From Nitrosopumilus sp. (lineage in GTDB: Archaea > Thermoproteota > Nitrososphaeria > Nitrososphaerales > Nitrosopumilaceae): a DNA stretch of 64,000 nucleotides. Positions 39,117 to 48,636 of the stretch are shown here, piece by piece. The position numbers were made by a program, and so were the translations under genes. How positions within the stretch are numbered: the stretch's first letter is position 1; every line of letters starts with the position of its first letter. The notes beneath the pieces were generated by a model. The model ran no database searches and was not told the DNA's origin. It saw only the letters and a program-made list of their open reading frames with translations. Location: positions 1,280,001 through 1,344,000 of the forward strand of contig OZ243974.1 of NCBI GenBank assembly GCA_965214775.1, written 5' to 3'.

Positions 39117-40496
39117 TTGAAAATTCCTAGAATGGTGATAGCAGGCACTACAAGCGGCGTAGGAAAAACATCCATCGCATGCTCAATCATTTATGCCCTA
39201 AAGAAGAGGGGCCTTTCTGTCCAGCCATTCAAAGTCGGACCTGATTACATCGATCCGAGCTATCTTTCAAGCATTTCAAACAACGATGCATTCAACTTGG
39301 ACGTCTGGCTGATGGGAAAAGGCAACCTGCTGTCAAGCTTTATCTTGAACTCAAAGTCAGACGTGTCTGTAATTGAGGGCGTGATGGGATACTATGATGG
39401 ATTTGGCGGAGACTCAAACCATGCAAGCACCCACCATGTGGCATCCATTACAAAATCTCCGGTAATCCTGATACTTGACGCAAGCAAAACCGCTCGCTCT
39501 ATTGCCGCAACAGCCACGGGGTTTCAGAAATTCCATAAAAATTCCAGAATTTCAGGCGTAATTCTCAACAAGATAGGCAGCAAAAAACATGAAAATCTTT
39601 GCAGGCAGGCTTTGCAAAAAACAAAATTGCCGGTATTGGGAGCCATCCCAAAAGATGCATCCACAAGTCTGAAATCTAGACATCTTGGATTATATTCCAC
39701 ATTGGAAAAAAGAACCCTGTTCAAAAAAATTGAGAGGCTATCCAAAGTTATTTCAAAAAATATTGACATTGATCAAATTATCACAATCTCAAAAAACTCT
39801 TCCTGTCTCCCTAAAAAATCTGATCATCATCGCAGTTATCGCCGTCGTACCATAATGCCTAAAGAACCAAAAACCACTATTGCAGTTGCACTGGATGCCT
39901 CGTTTAATTTCTATTATCAGGACAACCTGAAAGCACTGCAGAGGGAAGGGGCCTCGCTGGAATTCTTCAGTCCTGTAAATGACAAAAAAATTCCAGACTG
40001 CGATGGCCTGTACATTGGCGGCGGATTTCCGGAAATTTTGGGATCTAAATTATCAAAAAACCAAACTATGAAAAAACTTGTAAAAAAACTAGCCGAGGAC
40101 GACCTTCCAATTTATGCCGAGTGTGGGGGTTTGATGTATCTGACAAAATCCATCTCTTCTGAAAACAGGAATCATAAGATGGTCGGCCTGTTTGACGCTG
40201 AAACCATCATGACAAAAAAAATGAAATTAAATTATACCAAAGGAAAAATTTCAGACTCGGTCATCTCCCACAAGCCACACAAATTTCAGGGCCATGAATT
40301 CCATTACTCTGAACTAGACTCGATTCCGTCTGACTCAAAATTTGCATGCGATCTAAAAGTAGGCGACGGAATAAAAGATCACAAGGACGGACTGGTTGCA
40401 AACAACACTCTTGCATCCTATGGACACCTCTACTTTGACAGTTCTGACTATGCCGAAACTTTTGTTAAAAACTGCATGAAATACTCAAGAACCTGA
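39117..40496 (+). CDS. cbiA: Cobyrinate a,c-diamide synthase
   Basis: SGVGKT, FKVGPDYIDP, IEGVMG, GGGFPE, AECGG, GHEFHYS. Confidence 0.95.
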   Translation: MKIPRMVIAGTTSGVGKTSIACSIIYALKKRGLSVQPFKVGPDYIDPSYLSSISNNDAFNLDVWLMGKGNLLSSFILNSKSDVSVIEGVMGYYDGFGGDSNHASTHHVASITKSPVILILDASKTARSIAATATGFQKFHKNSRISGVILNKIGSKKHENLCRQALQKTKLPVLGAIPKDASTSLKSRHLGLYSTLEKRTLFKKIERLSKVISKNIDIDQIITISKNSSCLPKKSDHHRSYRRRTIMPKEPKTTIAVALDASFNFYYQDNLKALQREGASLEFFSPVNDKKIPDCDGLYIGGGFPEILGSKLSKNQTMKKLVKKLAEDDLPIYAECGGLMYLTKSISSENRNHKMVGLFDAETIMTKKMKLNYTKGKISDSVISHKPHKFQGHEFHYSELDSIPSDSKFACDLKVGDGIKDHKDGLVANNTLASYGHLYFDSSDYAETFVKNCMKYSRT

Positions 40497-41126
40497 TTCT
40501 GCCCTAATAAGCTTGAATATGGCATTAATTATTGCCGAAGCTGACGGACTTCCACCCTTTCTGCCAAAATTCGTAATAAATGGCGTCTCTTCTAGTTCTG
40601 AGAGTTCTTCTTTTGATTCGGCAGCGCAAACAAAGCCTACGGGAACGCCGATGATCAATGCAGGCCTGACGATGCCCTCTTTTACCATCTTGATGACCTC
40701 CTGCAAGGCTGTGGGCGCATTGCCTATGGCCACAACCCCCCCGTCAATCTCTGGTTTTGCAACCCTCATTGATACCTGAGACCTTGTTTTTCCTTCTTTT
40801 TTTGCCAATTCCATAATTTCCGGCTTTGAGATGTTGCAAATTATATCGTTCCCAAAATCTTTTGGATTCTGCTTGTTCATGCCTCCGATTACTCCATTGA
40901 CATCTGCTACGATGCTGCATCCGTTTTTCAACGCGTTCATTCCGCTTTTGATTGCGTCTTTGTGGAAGATTATCCTGTTCTTATCGGCAAAATCAAAGTC
41001 TGCAGTGGAGTGAATTATTCTTCTGACTATCTGCCATTCTTTTTCATTATATGGGTGCGTCCCAATCTCATCCTCAATCATCTGCATGCTTGCATCTTCA
41101 ATAGACTGGCCCTTCCTAGACTGCAT
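40485..41126 (-). CDS. cbiC: Precorrin-8X methylmutase
   Basis: RRIIHSTAD, IGNAPTAL, PVGFV.AAESK, GRKGGS. Confidence 0.95.
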   Translation of the reverse strand: MQSRKGQSIEDASMQMIEDEIGTHPYNEKEWQIVRRIIHSTADFDFADKNRIIFHKDAIKSGMNALKNGCSIVADVNGVIGGMNKQNPKDFGNDIICNISKPEIMELAKKEGKTRSQVSMRVAKPEIDGGVVAIGNAPTALQEVIKMVKEGIVRPALIIGVPVGFVCAAESKEELSELEETPFITNFGRKGGSPSASAIINAIFKLIRAESGS

Positions 41127-41868
41127 CTTCAACCTCCTTGGCTCTTTCGACAATCAAGCCAATTATTTTTTCATCAGCCCCAATGTGTCTTGTAGTAAAC
41201 ACGTCTTTCAAACTTGAATCCTTTAGAGCTGGAATAAGATCGTTGTTGATATCGGTTTTTACATGTGCGCCTTCATGCAAGAAATAAAAGACAATTATCA
41301 GCACTTTTGGATCATCCTTTTCACATTTTTTAACGCCTTCAAAAATATCCGGCCGTTCGATTTCCAGCCAGCACCTGCTTACGTTCCTGTATTTGTCTTG
41401 CAATTCGTTTAGAATATAGTTCAATGACATTTGCGCATTAGGATCCTTGCTGCCATGACCGATAATCAATACGTCTATATCCTTTCTATCTAGTTCCACA
41501 TTATTCTCTTTCATGGTTGCCGAGATTCTATTCTCAACAATGTCTGCCAGGGTTTTATGCATGCTCATCGGCTTTGCGACTAGGAATTTTACATCGGTGT
41601 TTTTTTGTAGTTTCATGGCCTCTGTTACTGCGATCTTTACTTTTTTTCCCGGATACAAAAAATACGGGATTATGGTTAATGAATCGATATCTTCTTTGAG
41701 GCATTTTGAAATCCCGTCTTCGATGTATGGCGGTTCTACCTCTAAAAAGCAAAAATCTGTCAAAACATAGTCCCCTTGGGCCTTGATTCGGGCACAAATC
41801 GCCTCTAATTCCTCAGATGCCTCTCTTTGCCGGCTTCCTCTGTCAATAAGCAACAACCCCCGCCTCAA
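41116..41868 (-). CDS. cbiX: Sirohydrochlorin cobaltochelatase
   Basis: Two CbiX domains: DRGSR/FLE..PP and GHGS/WLE, FLHEGAHV. Confidence 0.85.
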   Translation of the reverse strand: MRRGLLLIDRGSRQREASEELEAICARIKAQGDYVLTDFCFLEVEPPYIEDGISKCLKEDIDSLTIIPYFLYPGKKVKIAVTEAMKLQKNTDVKFLVAKPMSMHKTLADIVENRISATMKENNVELDRKDIDVLIIGHGSKDPNAQMSLNYILNELQDKYRNVSRCWLEIERPDIFEGVKKCEKDDPKVLIIVFYFLHEGAHVKTDINNDLIPALKDSSLKDVFTTRHIGADEKIIGLIVERAKEVEDAV

Positions 41869-42920
41869 CTCTCTATCCTCGCTATAGCTACAGTCAGATT
41901 TGGAGGGAATTTCTGCTTTTCTACGATTAGTTTTCCATTTGACACTAGAATTGCTGCAGCTTCTGACACACTGGCAGTTCCCTCAAAGGCTTTAACTGTC
42001 TCAGAGGGGTTTGGTGCTGTAATTTCTGCCAATTCCTCCCTTTTGACATACTGAACTGGAACACCGATCTCTTTACCGGCGTCAATTAGGCCTTGGACGT
42101 CTCTTGGTCTTTTAATTGAGACTAGTCTTGCAATTGATTTGGGACTCAGTTTGAATTTCTTCAAACAAGAGTTTATTCCTTCCAAAATTGTTTCTTTAGG
42201 CGTGTCCTGGTGCAACCCAATTCCGATCACTAGACTTGGAGGTCTGTATATGACTGACTCTGTTGAAATTCCCCCCTCGATAATTTTATCTGAAATTATC
42301 AAATTCGCCTTTGATTTTGCCTCTTCTAATTTTTCCATGCTGGAATAAAGCGTCACATTTTTTGGCAATTCCTTTTTGTACCATTTCCTGTTTCCCACTT
42401 CTTGAAGTACGCCAATCGGTTCGCCATTTACCATATGGGCGCTAATTCTGGTGACTGCTGAATCACCGTCAATCTTCCACCCAAAGTCCCTTCCGACTAG
42501 ATCTACTGCAATTGTCTTGTTTACGTCTGCAGCAGTTGTGATTACTGCCTGTGCCTGTAATCTTTTGGCAATTTCTTCTGCCAGTCCATTTGCCCCCCCA
42601 ATGTGGCCCGACAAAACACTAATCACGAAATTTGTCTTGTCGTCAATTACAATTACGGCGGGATCCGTCTTCTTGTCTTTAAGATGCGGAGCAATTAATC
42701 GTATTACTGCACCTAGCGAAAACAAGCAGATCAGACCTTCGCTGTTCTTGAATAATTCTGCAATCTTTTCAGATGTGGGCTCTGAATACCATGAAATTGA
42801 TGGATTTTTGTTGGCAAATTTTTCTGGAACAAAAATTTCCCATTCTGGAAAAAGTTCCTTTAGCTTTTGTCCGATATTAATCCCGTTTTTTGTTATTGCA
42901 AGAACAGAGATCTTGTCCAT
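41865..42920 (-). CDS. cbiG: Cobalt-precorrin-5A hydrolase
   Basis: GAVIRLIAP, K.TDPAV, LSGHIGGAN, ITTA.D, SVSEAAA. Confidence 0.94.
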   Translation of the reverse strand: MDKISVLAITKNGINIGQKLKELFPEWEIFVPEKFANKNPSISWYSEPTSEKIAELFKNSEGLICLFSLGAVIRLIAPHLKDKKTDPAVIVIDDKTNFVISVLSGHIGGANGLAEEIAKRLQAQAVITTAADVNKTIAVDLVGRDFGWKIDGDSAVTRISAHMVNGEPIGVLQEVGNRKWYKKELPKNVTLYSSMEKLEEAKSKANLIISDKIIEGGISTESVIYRPPSLVIGIGLHQDTPKETILEGINSCLKKFKLSPKSIARLVSIKRPRDVQGLIDAGKEIGVPVQYVKREELAEITAPNPSETVKAFEGTASVSEAAAILVSNGKLIVEKQKFPPNLTVAIARIES

Positions 42921-42968
42921 ATCAAAATTTTTGCTGTTTTGATAAAATACCTTACTCTCCGGCCATTC

Positions 42969-43086
42969 TTCTTCCCAGATGCCCCCATGCCCGTGACGGC
43001 GCAGACGGCGACGTACGGATCTGCAGGCATCATGATCTGAACCGTGTCAAATCTGGAACCGTTTTACGGGGGGCTTCTGGGAGGAC
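42969..43086. mobile_element. MITE A overlapping the cbiD 3' end
   Basis: ttcttcccaga...tctgggaggac; internal sequence similar to the 16961 copy. Confidence 0.75.
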
Positions 43087-44164
43087 TGCCCTCCCTGCCC
43101 AAGACATTCCCTTCAAAATCAAACAGTATCACGTCTATGGGAACTTTTTCTTCACTATGATCTCTCATGTGCCTGTAGACCTCGCTGCAAATCAAATCAA
43201 AAAATCCCGCTATGTTGTTTTTTTGAATAATCTCTGAAACATGTCTTGCAGTATTTGCTTTTTTGATTTCTTTTATGACCCTTTCATCTGCGTCTACTTT
43301 TTTAGCCATGTCTGCAAGAAAGTTCATGTCTACTTTGGAGCCTTTCACATGAGTCTGTTTGACTCCTGCAGCCATTTTGGCAAGTTTTCCAATAAATCCG
43401 ACCACGTATGCCTTTTTGATGTTTTTCTTTCCACACTGCTGAATTGTATATCCTGCAAAATCACCCATTTGAACAAAACAATGTTCTGGAAGATCAACGA
43501 TTTTTCTTGCAAAATCCTCGCTTCTTCCGCCCGTAGTCAGAACAACTGTATCATTTCCCATGGCAATTGAAACGTCAAGATTCTGTCTGATTGATGCAGC
43601 ATATGATGCAGTTGAAAACGGAACTACAATCCCACTTGTTCCCAAAATTGAGATTCCATTTTTGATCCCAATTCTCGGATTGTCGGTTTTTGGCCCCAAT
43701 TCTCTGCCTTTTGGGACGGATATTACAATTTTGATCCCTTTGTCCCTTAGAACCTTGGCTCCAATCTCCCTCAGGTTTTCACCGATCATCTTTTTTGGGA
43801 CTGGGTTTATTGCAGGTCTGTTGATCTCCAGGCCTAATCCGGGTTTTGTCACTATTCCGACCCCTTCTCCCCCCTCGATCTCAATCTCGTTTTTATTTTC
43901 AGTAAAGGATAATTCGACAACTATCTCTGCACCATGAGTAACGTCAGGATCGTCTCCCCCGTCCTTGATTACGGAGCATTCAGCTCTGCTTTTGCCATAA
44001 TGACAGCTTTTCACGGGAATCCTTATTGTGCTCTTTTTTGGCAGTGTAATTTCAACCTCCTTGATCTCTTTTTGGTTGATAATGGACAACAATGCCGCTT
44101 TGGATGCTGCAGCAGCTGAACTGCCTGTGGTATAGCCGGTTCTCAGTTTTTTCCCTTCTGCCAC
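43064..44164 (-). CDS. cbiD: Cobalt-precorrin-5B C1-methyltransferase
   Basis: LRTGYTTGS, KDGGDDPDVTHG, AINPVP, GISILGTSG. Confidence 0.96.
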   Translation of the reverse strand: MAEGKKLRTGYTTGSSAAAASKAALLSIINQKEIKEVEITLPKKSTIRIPVKSCHYGKSRAECSVIKDGGDDPDVTHGAEIVVELSFTENKNEIEIEGGEGVGIVTKPGLGLEINRPAINPVPKKMIGENLREIGAKVLRDKGIKIVISVPKGRELGPKTDNPRIGIKNGISILGTSGIVVPFSTASYAASIRQNLDVSIAMGNDTVVLTTGGRSEDFARKIVDLPEHCFVQMGDFAGYTIQQCGKKNIKKAYVVGFIGKLAKMAAGVKQTHVKGSKVDMNFLADMAKKVDADERVIKEIKKANTARHVSEIIQKNNIAGFFDLICSEVYRHMRDHSEEKVPIDVILFDFEGNVLGREGSPPRSPP

Positions 44165-44199
44165 AGACTGACTTGTGAAATTACTGTATTAACTCTTGT

Positions 44200-45126
44200 T
44201 TGCCCTGTTTTTGTCTGAATAGATTTAAAATAAAAAAACTGTTCAAGACTCGTGTGGAAAAACCCCTTCAAATAGTCATTACCGGAGCCACCGGATTTGT
44301 TGCAAAAAATCTCAGAAAATACCTGTCTGAATCCAACAACACATCCCTGATTTCGATATCTAGGAGAAATTTCAGCACTTTCAGAGACGAAACCAAAATC
44401 ATTTCAAAAACATACTCGGAAAAATCCCTGCTTTCCAGAATTGCCAATTCTGATGCCCTTGTTCATCTGGCAGGAATTGGAAAGCAGTCCTCTACAAATT
44501 CCTTTGATTCAATTAATGTAAACCTTACACAACATGTGGTAAACCTAGCAAAAAAGGCCAGGATCAAAAAGCTGGTTTTTCTGAGCGGATTGGGGGTCTC
44601 GCCAAACTCGTCTACCGGATATTTCATATCCAAGCTACGGGCAGAAAATCATATTAGAGATTCTCGAGTAAACTTTACAATCTTTCGCCCGTCCTACATT
44701 GTGGGAAAAGACGATCATTTTACAAAATACCTCAAAAAATGCGTAAAAAACAAATCGGTTCAAATTCCAGGTTCTGGAAAATACCAAATTCAGCCTGTTT
44801 ACATCAACGATGTTACAAGGCTAATCTTAAATTCCATAAAAGAAGAAAAATTCAGCAACAAAATCATTGATCTTGTCGGGCCAGACGTCATTACTTTTGA
44901 AAAATACGTCAGACTCTTTCTAAATGGCTCTAAAACGAAAATTTCCTGCATTGATCTGGAAAAGGCCTACAATCTTGCAATTAGAAGCTCTAAATCTGAT
45001 TACGGTGTGGATGATTTGAATATTCTGGTTGGAAACTTCGTTGGAAGCCACAAAAAACTGCGCAAGTTGTCTGATGAAAAGTTCCAATCAGTAGTCAGTC
45101 TGTTAAAGACCGGCGCCCTGCTTTAA
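44200..45126 (+). CDS. NAD-dependent epimerase/dehydratase (start probably near 44254)
   Basis: [22 protein letters not shown]. Confidence 0.85.
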   Translation: MPCFCLNRFKIKKLFKTRVEKPLQIVITGATGFVAKNLRKYLSESNNTSLISISRRNFSTFRDETKIISKTYSEKSLLSRIANSDALVHLAGIGKQSSTNSFDSINVNLTQHVVNLAKKARIKKLVFLSGLGVSPNSSTGYFISKLRAENHIRDSRVNFTIFRPSYIVGKDDHFTKYLKKCVKNKSVQIPGSGKYQIQPVYINDVTRLILNSIKEEKFSNKIIDLVGPDVITFEKYVRLFLNGSKTKISCIDLEKAYNLAIRSSKSDYGVDDLNILVGNFVGSHKKLRKLSDEKFQSVVSLLKTGALL

Positions 45127-46269
45127 CGAATCGGCCTTGTCTGTCTTTTCCCAACTGAATTCAGGCTCGTTTCTTCCAAAATGACCGTAGGAAGCCGTCT
45201 TTTTGTAAATCGGCCTTTTCAGATCTAGCGTTGAGATGATTCCCGAGGGCCTCATGTCGAAATTCTTTCTGACCAAGTCTTCGATCTGGTTTTCTGGAAT
45301 CTTGTTTGTTCCAAAAGTGTTTACGTATAATGATACCGGTTCTGCCACACCAATGGCATAAGCCAGCTGCACTTCGCATCTGTCAGCCAATTCTGCGGCA
45401 ACCAAATTTTTTGCAATGTATCTGGACATGTAGCATGCTGACCTGTCTACTTTGGACGGATCTTTTCCTGAAAAGGCCCCCCCGCCATGCCTTCCAAATC
45501 CCCCATAGGTATCAACGATAATCTTTCTGCCGGTCAATCCTGCATCTCCGTGCGGGCCTCCGATCACAAATTTGCCAGTAGGGTTGATGTGAACCTTGAT
45601 CTCTTCGTTCCACAACTCTCCCAAAACCGGTTTGATTACCCTGTCTGTTATTTCTCTTTGAATCTCTTCCTGGCAGGTTTCTTGGGAATGCTGAGTTGAC
45701 ACAACAACTGTCTCAATCTTTGTTGGCTTGTTATCCTCATATCTTACAGAAACCTGTGATTTTCCATCCGGTCTTACCCATGGCAGCGTCTTGTCCCTCC
45801 TTACTTGGGATAATTTTTGGATTAGTTTATGTGCAAACAAAATAGGCATTGGCATGAGTTCCTTCGTTTCATTAGTTGCATAACCGAACATCAATCCCTG
45901 ATCTCCGGCGCCCTGCTCTCTGTCTTTGGTAGCTGTAACGCCCTGACTGATGTCCGGACTCTGCGAATGCAGTCTCAGATTTACCTGGCAAGAGTCGGCA
46001 TCAAACATCATGTCCTTGTTGTCATATCCTATCTCTCTGATTGTTCTCCTGACCAGCTCTTCTTGCGCTTTTTGATCCAAATTTGCCTTTGATGTGACTT
46101 CGCCTGACACGGCTACAAAGTCAGTCGTTACCATTGTTTCGACTGCTACCCTGGAATCAGGATCCTGCCTTAGGAATTCATCTAAAAAAGCGTCTGAAAT
46201 ATTGTCGCAAACTTTGTCTGGATGGCCTTCGGTAACCGATTCGGACGTAAACAGGAAACTATTTGTCAT
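45103..46269 (-). CDS. metK: S-adenosylmethionine synthase (bacterial type)
   Basis: [28 protein letters not shown]. Confidence 0.97.
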   Translation of the reverse strand: MTNSFLFTSESVTEGHPDKVCDNISDAFLDEFLRQDPDSRVAVETMVTTDFVAVSGEVTSKANLDQKAQEELVRRTIREIGYDNKDMMFDADSCQVNLRLHSQSPDISQGVTATKDREQGAGDQGLMFGYATNETKELMPMPILFAHKLIQKLSQVRRDKTLPWVRPDGKSQVSVRYEDNKPTKIETVVVSTQHSQETCQEEIQREITDRVIKPVLGELWNEEIKVHINPTGKFVIGGPHGDAGLTGRKIIVDTYGGFGRHGGGAFSGKDPSKVDRSACYMSRYIAKNLVAAELADRCEVQLAYAIGVAEPVSLYVNTFGTNKIPENQIEDLVRKNFDMRPSGIISTLDLKRPIYKKTASYGHFGRNEPEFSWEKTDKADSLKQGAGL

Positions 46270-46283
46270 AAAAATCACCCGCA

Positions 46284-46532
46284 CTAGAGCTCGTTTTCTA
46301 GTTTGATAAACAGCACATTGTTGCCTCTCACAATAACCCTGCCATAATTTGCAATGGTCTTGCCTTCATGCAGTTCCTCGGCATCTGTCATGATCAAATT
46401 CATGTACGAATCAACATTGTCCATCTTTCCTTTGTATTCGACTTCGTTCTTCAGTCTGACTGTAACCTTCTTTTTTGTACTTTTTTGAAGAGTTGTTAAA
46501 GGTCTTTTTGCGCTGCTTGATTGAGACACCAA
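46284..46532 (-). CDS. Sm-like archaeal protein (LSm)
   Basis: YKG....DSYMNL, IVRGNNV. Confidence 0.92.
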   Translation of the reverse strand: MVSQSSSAKRPLTTLQKSTKKKVTVRLKNEVEYKGKMDNVDSYMNLIMTDAEELHEGKTIANYGRVIVRGNNVLFIKLENEL

Positions 46533-46586
46533 TTATTCACTTGTTTTGGAACTTTGTTCTCTAGAATAAAAGCCTTACCTCGCAAT

Positions 46587-47832
46587 CAGTAGTTCCGATT
46601 GTGGCCTGAAAATAAGGCAAATTGACAGATTTTTATGATCACTTGGATCTATAGGGGGAACTTTTAGCAATTTCTCCATGACAAAAAGTGCCAGGGCCGC
46701 TCAAAAGCCGTACGGACACAGGGAGCGCAAGATGTTCCAGAACGCCGTCTCGGCAGTAGGCATGAAGTTCTCTGACAGACACAACGCAATATACGATGAA
46801 ACGGATGCAGCTGCGCTTCTGGCAACGATGTCCAAGGAGCGCATGTGCGCAGAACAGGCCGCAGAGATACTCCGGGACTCTGCAGGCCGCAGCCCCGGCG
46901 CCGACTGGCTGCTTGGCAAGCTGGGCCAGGTGGACTATGAGACGATGCACAAGAGGGCCGACAAGATCCTGCGCAGGACCGTCACAGACTCCATCAAAGG
47001 TGGCCTGATTGGAAAATCCCCGATCATAGCCATCGACAAGACCAAGATCCCGCGGTACGACCGCAATCCGGACATGACCCACAAGATAAAGTACAGGGGG
47101 CCGGGCACCCGCACGGCTGAGGCATACATCACTGCAAGAACAGTAGGACAAAAGCACCAGACGCACCTTGCGTGCCTTCCGGTGACCAGGGACGCGTTTA
47201 ACCCCGAATTCGTGCGTAAATTGCTGCAAACCATCAAGAGAATGCACATCAGGCCGCAGATGGTCCTGATGGACAAGGAGTTTTACTCAGTTGACGTACT
47301 CAACACGATAAATAATGCAGGATTGCGGTTCATGACTCCTGCAGTATGCACCAAGGGAGTTGAGAGGGCCATACAGGAGCACATAGACGGGCACAGGGAT
47401 GCAGTCAGCAAGTATACCATATCCTCTGGCAGCAGCAAGATAAGATGCAACCTGATAATACTGGAAAGGGAGGATAAAAACAAGAAAAAGTTCCACATCG
47501 CCTTTGTCACCAACATGACCAACTGCATGCCGGAGGATTTGTTTGAGCTTCCCGAGGAGTACCGCAAGAGGTGGGGAATAGAGACCGGATACCGGGACGT
47601 CAAGAGGGCCATGCCGCGCACCTGCAGTCGGAACGATGCCATAAGACTCATACTGTTCTACCTGTCGCTTGGAATGTCTAACATCTGGATGATCGCAAGA
47701 TCATGGTGCAAAAAAAAGAAGATCAAGCTCAAGGTGCTGCTTGCCCGGATTATAAGATGGTGTATGAGACCATGGAACAAAAAGCCCCCCGATCCGGGCT
47801 AGGGCAGGCCGGGGTCACAATCGGAACTACTG
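46587..47832 (+). mobile_element. ISH3-family element
   Basis: TIR cagtagttccgattgtg / cacaatcggaactactg; 5-bp TSD GCAAT. Confidence 0.9.
46678..47802 (+). CDS. ISH3-type DDE transposase
   Basis: IAIDKT.IP.Y, MDKEFYS, YRKRWGIETGYR. Confidence 0.9.
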   Translation: MTKSARAAQKPYGHRERKMFQNAVSAVGMKFSDRHNAIYDETDAAALLATMSKERMCAEQAAEILRDSAGRSPGADWLLGKLGQVDYETMHKRADKILRRTVTDSIKGGLIGKSPIIAIDKTKIPRYDRNPDMTHKIKYRGPGTRTAEAYITARTVGQKHQTHLACLPVTRDAFNPEFVRKLLQTIKRMHIRPQMVLMDKEFYSVDVLNTINNAGLRFMTPAVCTKGVERAIQEHIDGHRDAVSKYTISSGSSKIRCNLIILEREDKNKKKFHIAFVTNMTNCMPEDLFELPEEYRKRWGIETGYRDVKRAMPRTCSRNDAIRLILFYLSLGMSNIWMIARSWCKKKKIKLKVLLARIIRWCMRPWNKKPPDPG

Positions 47833-47890
47833 GCAATAATCTCGGTTCCAAACCCCTTAAATTTTTTCTTGTTTTTCTAGTAATTGCCGC

Positions 47891-48544
47891 ATGATTTCAA
47901 CTGGAATTCAAAAATTAGATGGACTTTTGTCAGGAGGAATTCCTCCGGGAATCCTGGTGGATGTTTTTGGAGCAAACAGTACGGGCAAAACCCAATTTTT
48001 AATGCAATTGTGCATTTCGTGCATTATAAACGGCGGGAGGGTATTGTACGTTGACACAACAGGAAATTTCAGGCCTGAACGAGTAATTGGGCTGCAAAAA
48101 AAATTTAATTCAGTCTCGGTCCCCCTCACACAAATCTCCGTTTCTAGAGTCACAAACACCCATGAACAGATTAATTCATTAAAATTTTTTGATACCAGCT
48201 ATTCACTTGTTGTTATTGACAACATTACAGATCTTTTTTCATATGAATACCAAAAAGAGGAACACGTTTATGAAAAAAATTCAGCATTCATGAAATACAT
48301 GAACAGTCTATCAAAATTTTCCTCAACAAATAAAATTCCCGTTGTATTGACAAATATGGTTAGAGCAATAGACGGAAATGAAATTGAAAACATGAAAGCT
48401 GCAATCAGCCCCTACACTCATGTCAAAATTCATCTGTTAAAAAGAACGAAATCCTATTCTGGAACAGTTTATTGGGCTTTAAATCAAAACTCGTTTAATT
48501 ATCAAATTCACGAATTGGGACTGTCTGATGCTGAAGATATTTAA
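47891..48544 (+). CDS. RadA/RadB-like ATPase
   Basis: ISTG...LD.LL.GGI, GANSTGKT, YVDT..NFRPER, VVIDN. Confidence 0.85.
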   Translation: MISTGIQKLDGLLSGGIPPGILVDVFGANSTGKTQFLMQLCISCIINGGRVLYVDTTGNFRPERVIGLQKKFNSVSVPLTQISVSRVTNTHEQINSLKFFDTSYSLVVIDNITDLFSYEYQKEEHVYEKNSAFMKYMNSLSKFSSTNKIPVVLTNMVRAIDGNEIENMKAAISPYTHVKIHLLKRTKSYSGTVYWALNQNSFNYQIHELGLSDAEDI

Positions 48545-48636
48545 CATCCTAATCTAAATACCATCAATGGCTGGAATTTTTGATTCTATACCAATTATTA
48601 CAGTTGCGTTGTTTGCACTTGGCCTAGTCGGTGTAA

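Noticed and set aside
45103-46269. Bacterial-type MetK in an archaeon as a novel transfer
   Set aside because: To my knowledge this type is usual in this archaeal group, and it sits in core-gene context with host-like composition.
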